A stretch of 58,157 nt of DNA, counting the filler, from Squatina squatina (lineage: Eukaryota): the NCBI GenBank assembly GCA_031763465.1. It is 4 parts of 3 records of this genome, joined end to end, with 100 filler letters (N's around TTAATTAATTAA, not from the genome) between each part and the next. Parts side by side here need not be neighbours in the genome. Positions count along the whole stretch, not along the records: positions 1 to 18,483 come from JARFOE010000001.1; positions 18,584 to 32,452 come from JARFOE010000039.1; 2 more parts are not named here. One strand, given 5' to 3'. Below are positions 11,939 through 24,404 of this stretch, in pieces (positions within the stretch are counted from its first letter, which is position 1; each line of letters starts with the position of its first letter). Position numbers and translations under genes: made by a program. Under the pieces are notes generated by a model. It was not told the DNA's origin, did no database searches, and saw only the letters and a program-made list of their open reading frames with translations.

Positions 11939-12867
11939 ACAGTAGCAATGAAAGGCAGGGCTTTTATCTTCCAGCATAAAATATAGCAGTAGAATCCTAT
12001 CAAAATACGTTTTTTTTTATTGAATGGTTGTTAGATGTCATTCCTGGAACTAAAAGACACATTTCCATTTTAATAGGATTTGCCTAGGGGACTGCCTACC
12101 ACACAACTGTAATTATTTTGTCTGTAAGATTACTGCATAAAAGTTCATAGGTTGTATCGGCAATATAAACAGTACTTAATCACACGTCTACTGCATGTTG
12201 AAATCTGCACAGCAAACTTATTAAAATATAAATTGCATTTTATGATAGATGGATTCAATATGAAACAAATGTGAGATTATTTTGTGGATGCCCTTTAAGT
12301 GAAGTAGTTTTTAAAATAAAAAGAACAGCTGTCAATGTGAGCAATTTATAATCCAAGTTATTGGAAGATAACTGAAGTGCTTTAAATCACACAAAGAATA
12401 TGTACAACACAAAGATACAGCACTATGAAGAACACATTTAAGTTTATTTGCCTGAAAGCCCAGGGACTGTCAACATCTGTGCTGTACAGTTTTAGCTGAT
12501 AATGGTCACATAATTACAGGTTTTCAGTTCACTTCTTCACTGTTGCTACTTTATAGTCTTTCCAATTTATAGTCTTTCCAATTGCTGCATTTGACTAAAT
12601 AGAAAAAGCTTTTCTGACTGTTCCCTTGAGGAATTTGACTATATTCATGTGGCACTGTTCTCTTAACTGCCCAGTTAGAAAATAATCTAGTATTTCTAGT
12701 GAAAACATGCATTGAAAATTAGATATCATTTTTAATAATAGCTACATGATAAAATTAAACTTGAAGGNNNNNNNNNNNNNNNNNNNNNNNNNNNNNNNNN
12801 NNNNNNNNNNNNNNNNNNNNNNNNNNNNNNNNNNNNNNNNNNNNNNNNNNNNNNNNNNNNNNNNNNN

Positions 12868-13115
12868 TCCACTGGCCCACAGGTGCCCATCCCACTAGCC
12901 CATTGATGCCCATTCCACTGGCCCACTGGTGCCCATTCCACTGGTCCCTGGTGCCCATTCCACTGGCCCACTGGTTCCCATTCCACTGGCCCACTGATGC
13001 CCATTCCACTGGCCCACAGGTGCCCATCCCACTAGCCCATTGATGCCCATTCCACTGGCCCACTGGTGCCCATTCCACTGGCCCACGGGTGCCCATTCCA
13101 CTAGTTCACTGGTGC
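12868..13115. repeat. 23-bp minisatellite (GCCCATTCCACTGGCCCACTGGT), ~10.5 units, truncated by a gap
   Basis: Units visible directly; explains the repetitive ORFs at 12732-13131. Confidence 0.95.
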
Positions 13116-13590
13116 GACTGTCCCACCCCAAGTCCCCACCAGAAAAATGTCAATAATAAATAATGGAATTACAAATTGCAAAAGCTATGTGGTTTTCTTT
13201 TTGCTGTACTGTATTTGCTCAATGCAGAGTGAATGTTTTGCATTCACAATTAAAGTGGCTCTACTGTAGGTTAAAATCATTATTAAACATCATTATTGCG
13301 TACTATTTTTTCTTTCACAGTGATCAGGTTTGAGGATTTTAATTTGGTCCTTCTGCCTGCAGATGCAGGTATGGTTCCAATGCACTGCAGTGACTTGAGT
13401 CAGCTACAATAGTCAGGATCATGTGTCTTAAATCAGTTTGACTGCCAATGATCGAGGTTGCTTGTAGTAAAATTGAAATACAATCAAAATGCTTTTGTTG
13501 ATTAAATGACTGCAGCAGTGACCATTTTGTGTTCCAGGGCACTTACTTTCATTAAACTAAATATTGAACAAGTAAAAATGAATAGAGTAG

Positions 13591-13632
13591 ATGAGTCATC
13601 ATGCATGTCATTTCCTGGTTACCATAGTAACC
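13591..13632. promoter_or_regulatory. Candidate cis-regulatory motif cluster: AP-1 (TGAGTCA), ETS (CAGGAAATG, - strand) and RFX X-box (GTTACCATAGTAAC)
   Basis: Three consensus-like motifs within 42 bp; function unproven. Confidence 0.35.
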
Positions 13633-14235
13633 ATATGCAGAAGTGATAAGGTGCTGCAAGAGATGATTAACCCTATCTTTAATTCAAGTACTTTGCATCA
13701 ACAATATGATGAGAACCTTTTGCAAAATATTTTTCACCAATGTAAAATAACCTAATTCTGTTGAAAGCATAAAAAAAATCTTGAGCTGAATTATGCAATA
13801 GCAATACATGATTATAAGTAATGAAATCAAAAAGAACTCCGGGATTTTTCACAGGGGTTGTCCCAAAAACTTGGCAGAAGAGCAGTGGAACCCCCAGAGC
13901 TACGGGTAGGCGAGAGGGGGTTATGGAGATGGTTGATAATAGAGAAATGAAACGGGATGATCTTTGCTTTCCAGAATGACCCTGGATTAGTGGACTGTCT
14001 TGGCAAATGTAAATGAGGGCCAACAACACTTAATGCAATCCAGCCAGATCTGGTGATGGATGGCTAAACCAGATACACTCCAGTCTGTGCCCTTTGGACT
14101 TGAGGGAGCTAAAATAGGGGCCAATAACTCAGATAGGGTTTTTTTGGGGGGGACAAGGGCATCAAAGATGGAGGTGTGATTGAGCAGATTGGTAGCTGCA
14201 GAAGAATCTAAGTGAATTGGAGGTCAAAGGCAAGT

Positions 14236-14348
14236 TAAAGAAAGGTAACTTTGAGGGTATGAGAAGGGAATTGGCTAGGGTAGACTGGCGAGTGATACTT
14301 AAAGGGTTGACGGTGGATATGCAATGGCAAAAATTTAAAGATCACATG
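14236..14348 (+). mobile_element. CR1 LINE ORF2 fragment (after the endonuclease domain)
   Basis: KKGNFEGMRRELARVDWRVILKGLTVDMQWQKFKDHM. Confidence 0.85.
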
Positions 14349-14487
14349 NNNNNNNNNNNNNNNNNNNNNNNNNNNNNNNNNNNNNNNNNNNNNNNNNNNN
14401 NNNNNNNNNNNNNNNNNNNNNNNNNNNNNNNNNNNNNNNNNNNNNNNNCCATTATAGCTTTACTCATTAACTGTGGCCTTCTCTCAG

Positions 14488-14678
14488 CATAATCAGATCA
14501 ATTTCTAATTCAAAACCAACAGATGACCTCTGTGTATCATCCTGGGCTGATTTAAAAGCAGCTTGCTCAATAAATAAATCATTGCTATCAAATTTAGATG
14601 AGAGGAAAACTAACCAAGGGAAATACACATCAGAAACAGAACAATGCACCCAAACCTTGTTCATGGATTTTATTTCAC
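14488..14678 (+). CDS. Candidate coding exon of an unidentified gene
   Basis: ccttctctcag acceptor, C|gtaagc donor, 191-nt open frame IIRSISNSKPTDDLCVSSW...TLFMDFIS; no homology recognised. Confidence 0.35.
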
Positions 14679-15894
14679 GTAAGCCAATTTATCATTTATT
14701 CCAATTTTTAAAAATTACAATGGGAAAGGGTTTAAGAAAGGGCATTAAATATGGTACGAGTTCTTACAGGAATTAACTGTATGGCAAGGATATGGGAGAT
14801 AAATCAGACCTCAATGGGAAATAATACGGGGAAGGGGTATGATCCAAGTTCTTAAAATTATGAGCTGGGGTTTCCCACTGTGAGATCACCAGCCTTCAAA
14901 ATGAATAGGAGTAAAATAGCGGGCTAGCGAACGGGTGCGAAAACCCTGGGCAAGGTAGAAGGAACCAGAGGGCTGATGGGAGGAGTTTCTTGTGCTGATT
15001 CAGAACAGACAACTCTCACATTGCCCATAGCAGACAGGCTGGGCACATAAAACATATAACATTCTTCCTGTTTTACCATTGAGTATTCCCACACCACATA
15101 CTTCCTCTGATGGTGATGACACAAGTAACTTGTTCTTGGACTTGTTCTTGGGCTTCTGCCAAATCTCCTCTAATCCAGCTACGAAGAGGTTCACAGGAGC
15201 AACTCGTGAGTAACTGACTGTCTGCAGGGAAGCATTGACCTTTGCAAAAAGCCTCCCAATGTAAGCACTTTTGACTTTGGGTGATGGTGTAAAATAGGCA
15301 ATATTGATTCAGTTATACCTCTCTCCTGATTTTCATGAATCGATATCACCCATTTTACACTATCACACAAACTTAAAAATGCCCTCACATATGCTGACTC
15401 GTTGGAAGTTACTGTAATTATATAGGATACATGAGCTTTGCATTACTTTGAAATAATTTGGTGGAAGAAACACTAATAAATTGAAGGTAAACTTCTGTTT
15501 ACTGATGCTTCTTCAGCATCTTGAGCTCAGCTCTTTTAGTACCAGGCAGTTAACCTGATACCTCAACTTAGCACATGTTTGTCTCATGTTCAGAAGAAGT
15601 TAATTACTCTGGGGGCGATTTAGCTCTATCCACCTGGCAGAAACTGGGTGGTTGGGCAGATAAAACTGCCTGCTACTTACCTGCTGTGGAGCTGCCGGGA
15701 GTCGACATGTCCAGATTTTATCTGCTCTACTGAGCAGGCAGCAAGGTCACCTGCCCAAAGCATGGGTTCCTNNNNNNNNNNNNNNNNNNNNNNNNNNNNN
15801 NNNNNNNNNNNNNNNNNNNNNNNNNNNNNNNNNNNNNNNNNNNNNNNNNNNNNNNNNNNNNNNNNNNNNNNACAAGCACTACAGTACCACAGTC

Positions 15895-16085
15895 TCCTAA
15901 GGTAAAACTCTAAAGTAATCAATTCTAGAAATGACAAAGGCATGTTTAAAGGTTTCATGAGAAAAGGATCTGAGGAAGGGGCAGAGGTGGGCAGTGTTGT
16001 GCAGGTGAAAATAGGTAGCCTTAGTGATGGATATGATATGAAGTTTAAAGCTCAGTGCAGGATTGAATCTACCAGAGGGTTGGAA
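15895..16085 (-). mobile_element. L2 LINE RT-domain fragment
   Basis: FKLHIISITKATYFHLHNTAHLCPFL...ETFKHAFVISRIDY is a decayed version of the L2 HI-SITKTAYFHLRNIARLRP...ETLIHAFVTSRLDY motif. Confidence 0.8.
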
Positions 16086-16090
16086 CAATA

Positions 16091-16773
16091 GCCCCGATAT
16101 TTACTCGTGAGCATGAAGAGGGGGGGATTTCTGGATGGGAAATCCAGAAGTACGGATTTCCAGGATATCCTTCTGAAATTAACATCTGGACGCCTTTTAA
16201 AGTTTTTCAGCAAGTTTCCTGGCCGGCAGCTCTGCCTGTCGGGCGGGAAAGCCTGGATCACAAGGCCGCAGCTAGGGAGCAAAGAGGAGGGAGGGAAGGA
16301 GATATCGTCAGGGGAGGTATGGGGGCAGGGGAGATCAAGATTGGGCTCTTCAGATGCAGGTCGAGGGGAGATCATGGAGAGATCGTGGAGGGTGTGGGGG
16401 AAGTTAGAGATCGGCTGGTTGGGGTGGGTTGGCTGATTGTGAGGTCTGTAAAGAGGTAGGCTTGTTGGGCCTCGAAATAACATTCCCACTCTTCCTGACC
16501 CACAGGCAGTGTTGTAAATGCACTTACCTTATGGATCTGGCCCTTCTCGCCTCCTTTTACCTGCCGGAATTCTTGAGCCCTGGGAAACCTGGCCTCCATG
16601 GGTTAAAACTAAAAATACTCTTAAAATGGAAGCACACAGCTTCCTTAAAAGCTTTTACTGACCGACCCACCTCTTGAAAGTACATTGGTTGACCAGAAGT
16701 GGTCGGGTTTGAGAATTCTTTTGAAAATTACTTCCCACCCACCCCCAACCCATACTTGGTGGTAAATTTCCCC
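16091..16773 (-). mobile_element. Non-autonomous GC-rich DNA transposon (Harbinger-like), same family as 9709-10012
   Basis: Ends gccccgatattta ... taaatttcccc; shares internal segments with 9709-10012 in reverse orientation. Confidence 0.55.
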
Positions 16774-18483
16774 CTATATACCAGCAATAGTCGGAACCTT
16801 CACCAGAAAAAGTGAGAACGGGCAAAAATTGAAAAACAAAAGTGCATTTTTTTACACTTCAGCATGCAACTTGGCACTGAAAAATATTTATATGTACTAC
16901 ACTACAACAAAGAACATTTGTTACACAACCTATTATTAAATGCCTTGTGACAACTTGATTACTAACTGAGCAGCAGGGTGCCTGAGGCATATCAACGGAA
17001 TACAAGAAAACTGGTGTTATAAATTGCCACTGTGTTTAACATTGTTGTGTACACTTGCTTCCTTAATAATGGGAGAAGTAATCTATGATTAGGGCAAGTG
17101 ATTTGTTATTGCTCAGATCCACTGACAAACTAACTTTTGCAATTCAACTTATTTTTGACCATTGTTCCACAGAATGGATAGGGAAATGAATCTCACGGGT
17201 GTGGTGTGTTTTAAATTCTCATAGATTTAAAATTCTTCTTACAGTCATACATTGTAGCTGCTGAGACAAAGGGATTACATGCCATCAGGCATGCACACCT
17301 CAAAATGGCATGAATGGGAGGCAAAGGCCTGGCGGCTTCTTGGAACTGCCCTCAGTCCACTGCCGAACCTTCACCNNNNNNNNNNNNNNNNNNNNNNNNN
17401 NNNNNNNNNNNNNNNNNNNNNNNNNNNNNNNNNNNNNNNNNNNNNNNNNNNNNNNNNNNNNNNNNNNNNNNNNNNATCTGTTCTAATGTGTTTGAGATTC
17501 GGCTGTGATGAAATTTGGGCTGCCGTGTAGTATTTTTAGTCCATATCATACTGTAGTTGATTCTGTGCAGGATGACAGCAAAACCATTCTTTTTCACATA
17601 AATACAGTAAATAAATACATATAGACCTTCAAGTATGATGTGGGATGTATATATGAATGCTTAACATCTTCATCTGAAATTAAATAAATGATTAATGACC
17701 CCACATTAATATCTGAGGGTGTACGTTTTCATCTTCAGCAGCTGGTTGGTGATCTGGTGGAGGAGATCCCCTACCCATTGTAGAATCTGCCTGATCCATT
17801 GCAATCAATGAATGAAAATTTTACCCCATAATGTTTACAGTGAACAGTAATTTTTGTGTGTGTTAGATTTCAACTTTTCTTGGGACATCATCTCAATGCT
17901 TCACTATTTCCTCATAAATATTTTTTGTATTTTCTTTCTGTCTAATTGTAGGTTTGCTTTGTGCCTTTTCCCAGCATGAACACTGAGACAAAACAAAGGT
18001 GCTCTTGTAGTATGAACCTGGCTTTAGAGATGGACTGTGGGAACAAGTTAATCCAAGCTGAGAGTAACTATTTCTTGGGCTTTTATTAGCTTCAAACATA
18101 TCCTTTAGCCACCTACAGCCAGTGGGTTCCCCTCAAGATAGTTAGGAGTTGCTGCCTGTATGGGGAGCCAGAACTAAACAGCTTCTTTTCATTTTATATG
18201 TTAATGTGCATTGGTGTGGAAAAGCAAATTGGGCATCAGTGTGGAAAAACAATTTTCATCACAGTATGTTCACTTATTAAGCTCATAATGTCATTAAATG
18301 TGTGCTTCCATAAAGACTTGTGAAGTGGGGTTTGGATTTCACAGTATCTTGGGCACATTGAACTGGAGCACCATGTACTGTGTTGCTATTCCATTCAGTT
18401 CACTGAACAATCCTGCCGCAGCTAAACAATACTGCTGACTCCAAGTGTTGCATCCACTTCCCCTGCTGGTTTCAAGGTCTTTA

Positions 18484-18583
18484 NNNNNNNNNNNNNNNNN
18501 NNNNNNNNNNNNNNNNNNNNNNNNNNNTTAATTAATTAANNNNNNNNNNNNNNNNNNNNNNNNNNNNNNNNNNNNNNNNNNNN
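18484..18583. other. Artificial linker N44-TTAATTAATTAA-N44
   Basis: Six-frame stop 12-mer centred in a 100-bp spacer; identical at three sites. Confidence 0.95.
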
Positions 18584-19600
18584 TATTAGCGTAACTTGGT
18601 GTAAGAGTAGCCTGATGCGTTTAACACCCTGTTCTTGTTTCTTTGCCCTCTGATTCAGAAATTGGTCCGCCTCCTCTTGTATCATTTAGTAAAGTTTTGG
18701 GAGAAACCTTCCCTCGTGGAAGGTAAATTTGAATGTGTATCACAACAATTGTCTTGGTGTCAGTTCTTTCGTGATACTGTAAGGGACAGAGCTCTAAAAT
18801 ATTCCCAAGTAAATAATTGTAAAGGAGCTCTTTAGAAAGTTGATTTAGTATTTCTTGTGTTAAGACCATCAAAGTCACCAGAAAGGGAGCTAGCTGGTGT
18901 ACATCCTTTGAGTCCACATTACTTATCATGTGTCACCATGCATGTCTTCCCCACCCCAATCCATCTACCAAAGCATATGTTTAATGTATCCTGTTTCATG
19001 TAAACAGTAGCTTGGACAGATTGACTGAAGTACATCTATTTAAAAAAAAAAGTCTGCTTATCCGTGCCATTTGGTCCTCTGTCATGAAAGGATTGGTGAC
19101 TAACCCTAGTACGGTGTTTTGACCTCTCTTTTGTAATGTGTTTTTGGAATATAAAAATAGTGTGGCGTAACCGCCTCAAGTCTTGCCTGCATGTGTAGCA
19201 CACAGTCTATATAACATTGGTCTGTTATAACTCTCCAAATAGCTAAAGCCACAGTGGGGATGTTTGGAGATACATTGTCTTAGTAGAGTCAAAAATAAAT
19301 TGAGGAAATGGTTTTGGAGAATTCTGATGTCCAACATTGTTGGAATTTTACCTTCACCTGGTTTGTTGTAGAGTTCCACTGGCTATAATGTCACTGGTGG
19401 AAGAAACTGGAGCTCCCTCCCGAACAGCACTGTGGACGTACCTTTGCCACACGGACTGCAGCTGTTCAAGAAGGTGGCTCACCACCACCTTCTCAAGGGC
19501 NNNNNNNNNNNNNNNNNNNNNNNNNNNNNNNNNNNNNNNNNNNNNNNNNNNNNNNNNNNNNNNNNNNNNNNNNNNNNNNNNNNNNNNNNNNNNNNNNNNN

Positions 19601-20095
19601 ATCTCATTGAAACGTACAAAATTCTTACAGGGCTCAACGGGATAGATGCAGGGAGGATGTTTCCCCTGGCTGGGGGTGCTATAGAACCAGGGGTCACAGT
19701 CTCAGAGTAAGGGGTAGGCCGAATGGCTGAGGGGCCGAATGGTCTACTCCTGCTGCTAGTTCTTTAATTGTTTGCTGCACCTGCATGTTAACTTCCAGTG
19801 ATTTGTGTACACCCAGGACCCTCTGAACATCAACATTACCCAATGAAATATTTCTTCACTGAGGGTGATGAATCTTTGGAATTGTCTACCCCAGAGGGCT
19901 GTGGAGGCTCAGTCATTGAGTATGTTCAAGACAGAGATCGATAGATTTCTAGATATTAAGGGAATCAAGGGATATGGGGGATAGTGCAGGAAAATGGTAT
20001 TGAGGTTGAAGATCAGCCATGATCTTGTTGAATGGTAGAGCAGGCTTGAGGGGCCGAATGGCCGACTCCTGCTCTTATTTCTAATGTTCTTATGT
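19601..20095 (+). mobile_element. CR1/HER1 LINE 3' fragments (two 3' tails)
   Basis: LIETYKILTGLNGIDAGRMFPL; tail motifs ggggccgaatggtctactcctgct and ggggccgaatggccgactcctgctc. Confidence 0.85.
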
Positions 20096-20741
20096 ACAAA
20101 ATGTTGATCCTGTCCCATTATATTAGCAAAGGAAAGAGACTTGGAACTGGACATGATGAAAACTACCCTGGCAACTGCAGATAAGGCCAGAAATTTGGGC
20201 TGAGACATCTTGTGAAGATGATGGGGGGGGGAGGGGAAAGGAGGTGCGGTTACATCCATCACAGCGGTTGAACAGAATAGAGGTTCTTTATCGAAATGAT
20301 CACGATTAGAGCTTAGGTGGGGAAAGAGACAAAATGAGTCAAGAAGAATAGCATTCTGTTTGATAGCCGTACCATCAGGAAAGAAGAGTAGAAAGGAGAA
20401 TTCACAAGTTACGAGACCAGAAAGACCAACTACTGGAGGAACAGTCCTTGACACATTTTTTTCAGCCATTCGTTTAAAAACGCGACTGCTGCTCCAGCAG
20501 CTCTGATTGTCAAATCAAAGAAAGCTTCTGTGACGTGCCATAGGACATCTTACTACATTAAAGGCACTATATAAATGCAATTTGTTATTGTTGAACTTAC
20601 AAACACTATTTGCTCATCCTTTTGTTAATTTGACTTTTTTTTAAAAAGAAAACTTCAAAAATGCATTCAATTGGTTCCAGTGGAACCTGTCTGATAAATG
20701 GTGGGCTCAGTCCTGACTAAATTTGTTGTTTCCTTCTGCAG

Positions 20742-20777
20742 GCAGTCCCAGAGATGACGGCTCTATTGGAGAAGTAA
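20742..20777 (+). CDS. ETFA: ETFA last coding exon (AVPEMTALLEK*)
   Basis: Branch-point-like ctgactaa and strong acceptor tttccttctgcag; phase-0 peptide matches recalled human ETFA end VVPEMTEILKKK. Convergent with TMEM266, as in human. Confidence 0.8.
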   Translation, partial: AVPEMTALLEK

Positions 20778-21291
20778 TGCCAAACTCCGGCTGCTTGGTC
20801 AATAATCTGACGCTGATTTGCTCATTGGACCTATACACTTTGAATATTATGTACAGATAATGCGTACTTGAATGCTGAACATTATTTTTGATGCACCCAG
20901 TGTTTGTCTCTAACTATTGATACAGCTAATTGATTACACTNNNNNNNNNNNNNNNNNNNNNNNNNNNNNNNNNNNNNNNNNNNNNNNNNNNNNNNNNNNN
21001 NNNNNNNNNNNNNNNNNNNNNNNNNNNNNNNNNNNNNNNNGGCGGAGGCATTGAGTGGGTGGGAGTGGACTCCAGCAGACCCTTTAAGGACAACTGATTA
21101 GGCCACTCTACATCCAGTACCACTGCAGAGAGCATACACCACACACGTCACCTATTGGTACATGAAAATTGTGTTGGGCTCATACGACCTGCGTAAGAAG
21201 CCAGTTTAAATAAAGCTCTTGTCTGTTTCGGATGTATATGCAGGCCGCCAATTTTAAGGCCCACTCAAAAATCTGTAAGTGGAACCAGCAG

Positions 21292-21657
21292 TAGGGTTGC
21301 CAACCCTTCAGGATTGACGTGGAGTTGCCAGGAATTGAAGATTAATCTCCAAAATACTGCTGCAAGCAACGCAGGAGAAAAATTATCAGGGCATTGAAGT
21401 TTTTTTTTTCAATTTCTTTGAACACTTTTGCTTATTAGTTATAAAAATAATAGGGATGGGGTAAAAAGGCTGTTTGACCAAGAGTCAAGAATCATCAAAT
21501 CGGGTAACAGTCTGTTTGTTTCTTAAATGGCGTGGGAAGGCGGTGCACCGCGAGTATGGATGTGTTGGGTGACCAATGGCGGGAGTGTGGGGGCGGGGCT
21601 GTTGGAGGCATGTGATGAAACCTCCAGGAATACGTCCAACCAGAGTTGGCAACCCTC
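21292..21657. mobile_element. hAT-type MITE with AGGGTTGCCAAC terminal inverted repeats
   Basis: Perfect 12-bp TIR (agggttgccaac / gttggcaaccct). Flanks accagcag (21284-21291) and gccagtag (21658-21665) look like a degraded 8-bp TSD (6/8). Confidence 0.8.
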
Positions 21658-24404
21658 GCCAGTAGGTGGAAGAATTTTTAAAAACAATTTAGTTTGCCGA
21701 CGGCTCAGTTTCGCAATGCCGAATTGAGCCCATCTGAGTCTGTCTGCTTTTCTGTTCAGGCCTGTGGTTGTCCCTGTAAGGCTGACAGAACCACATGGCA
21801 CACAAGTTTTAGGAGGCAGACATCAGGAAGCAAATTATTACATGGCAAATGAATTGATCACAGCGACAGGTAACACTGATAGCTAACAGAGGACACACAA
21901 GTTGCATTGCAGTTACCAGTTGCTTTGTGCACAGAGAATAGATTTGTCCCTGTGTCATCTTTGTTGAAATTTAGTTTTGTCCACGTAATGGACTTGTAGG
22001 TAATTCATATTTTTTCACAGTGACGTTACTTCTGTTTATTGAAACCACCGACAAAATGGTCAACGAAACCTTGTACCAAAACACAGTCTAAAATTGCAGC
22101 AGACTATGAAATTATGCTCAAATGTGTTTTTTTGGTTTCCAAAATGTGAGTCAAGGTTATTCCTGCACTGGTATGAAGCTATATTTAGGTTTGAATAAAC
22201 CACATGGCAGATAGGGAAGTACGTTGTGCTTTTTTTTTCCCTGTTTGCACTGTTGGCATCGTTCAGCTTTTGTTGAAGTCGTCATATTTTGCAGCCAAAA
22301 AATAGTTTGTGAACGCAAGATGGTGCACGCAAGTGAGACATGGATCAGAATTTAAATTGTCAATTATTAGACCAAAAAAAAATCAGTATCCAGAGATCAT
22401 CCCCCAACAGTTACCAGTTAGAGAGCTTCCACCTGACCACAGCAAGCTTCAGATTGTGATTCTTAGTGGATAGGTTTCCATGTGAAGAAACTATAATAAA
22501 AAAAAAATTTTAAAACTGCAATTCCGGAAATTTGAAACAAAAACAGAATGTGCAGGAAACGCACAGCAGGTTGGTCAGCATTTGTGGAGAGAGGGAGAAG
22601 TTAATGTTTCAGACATACAGTTCTTCGACACAATCCAAAACCCTACCGAGTCTCCCGTATCAATATAAAGTCAGCACCAGTCTTGAATGTGGAGCAATGA
22701 AACTGCTGTTCGCACAGGAAATCAAATACTGGATACGTTAGTTTGGATGCTATTATAGTAACTACTCAATAAAGGTTCTTGACATTAGCAAGCTTCAGAC
22801 AAAAATGTTTAGGTCAGAAATCTGCTGGGGAAGTGAAAGAAAGCACCACATGCACAAAATGCAACCTCTTCACACAGTAACAATCATACCAACACCAAGA
22901 CAGTCAGCTTGGCGACATCTGCTTTCCTTACACTTTGCAGTAGTGATTCTGGAGGAGGACTGTTTATCGAGATTCGTAGCTAGACCCTTATCTCGGTAAC
23001 ATTGACTGAGATTCCTCCGTCCTCCTGAGGAGCTTCTGTATTTATGACTGAAGCAAGTGAAACTGGTATTTTCATTGTCGCCAAGACTTTTTATGCAAAA
23101 TGATAGTACTTGGTAGCAAAGGTGATCAATATAGAAGTTCACGGAATATACTGTACCAAATCACTTGCCCTAGTGCTCGAATGATTTTCTACACCCCATA
23201 GCGTGGGTTCCTGAGTAAAGACTGGCGATTGTGGGAGGTGTCAGTGGAACTGACACTTATCTCACAGGGAAAATCCAAGGGCACAACAAAATGCTGCTCC
23301 CAGCTGCCAGCAAACTGATGTCTTGCAAGAATGGATGTGCTCAGCTGATGATATTGCCACAACCAATCAACCAAAACCCCCACTGGCCTCCACAGGGAGT
23401 AAATAGAGTTTGGCATCTTTCATTTCTCCATGGCAAGCAGAATCAGTGATTCACTTTGTGAACCACTGAGCATGACAAACCACTGTCAGTGCAGGCTTTT
23501 CGTGCAAGCAGCAACTCTTGAGTGACAGCAAAGAATCAAACCAGCATTTGGCATTTCTGTCCCACTCCTAAAAAGCAGCAAAATTAGTGAGAGGTACCAG
23601 AAGCTTTTGAGAACTGCAGGGGTTTTCAGCTTTAGATAAATGGTTCGCAGCACCTGGGTTAGGAGGATTGGAGTTCCTTCGTACACTGAAGACTGGAGGC
23701 ACTATGAAGCCACAGTGATATTTATGATGAATAAGTTAGCGCTTTCATATAAAATTCCTGTTCCCTACTTTAACAAAGACGTTAACCCGTTTCTAACAAA
23801 TGGATCAATACCCTTGTTAAAATAGCAGACAAGGACTGCCACACAAGCCTGTTAAGCATTTGTCGACTAATATCGCTAACAGCAATTTAGAGGCTTAAGT
23901 ACCAGTAACAACAGCATCAGCAGAAACAGGCTTAACACAGTCGCTGAGCCCAGTAGTACAGCTGGGCTTCTTTAATTCCACTAGAGATACATTCATTGAC
24001 TTATGGTGCACCAGTGATCATGTCACTTTCGCTGTGTTTGTTAAATTCAGCTCTCTTACACTGTTGAGCGCAACTCCTCCCAGCTCCTTTGTCCAATGAT
24101 GTCATGTTCAGCACTTCAAGACAAATATTACAAAGGAAAAAAAAACGTACATACAAAATAAAAATAAAAAAAAATGTTAAGAGCTCATCGTAATGTTTTG
24201 CAACTCAGTATTTGCAAGAGCACTGATGGCAAGAAGTTCTCTAACGCAGCCAGACGCGGGATCCACAGAAACCGCATTTCCTGAATTTTATCCAATGACA
24301 GATCCAGGACCATCAGGCTCAGAAGAACTCCCATTGCTGATTCTTGGCTTTCAACAAGAGTAAGCCCTGAAGAATAGGGAGTGCCGTGCTGAGGCCACTG
24401 AGAA

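Noticed and set aside
12868-13115. CRISPR-like array or repeat-protein ORFs
   Set aside because: Head-to-tail 23-bp units with no unique spacers, in vertebrate DNA; the ORFs are by-products of the repeat.
13321-13368. 48-nt plus-strand micro-exon candidate (IRFEDFNLVLLPADA)
   Set aside because: Good splice-like signals but too short to distinguish from chance, and no recognisable homology.
18528-18539. TTAATTAATTAA as a piggyBac TTAA site or homeobox motif (also 32497-32508, 45138-45149)
   Set aside because: Always centred between equal N runs totalling 100 bp; a synthetic linker.
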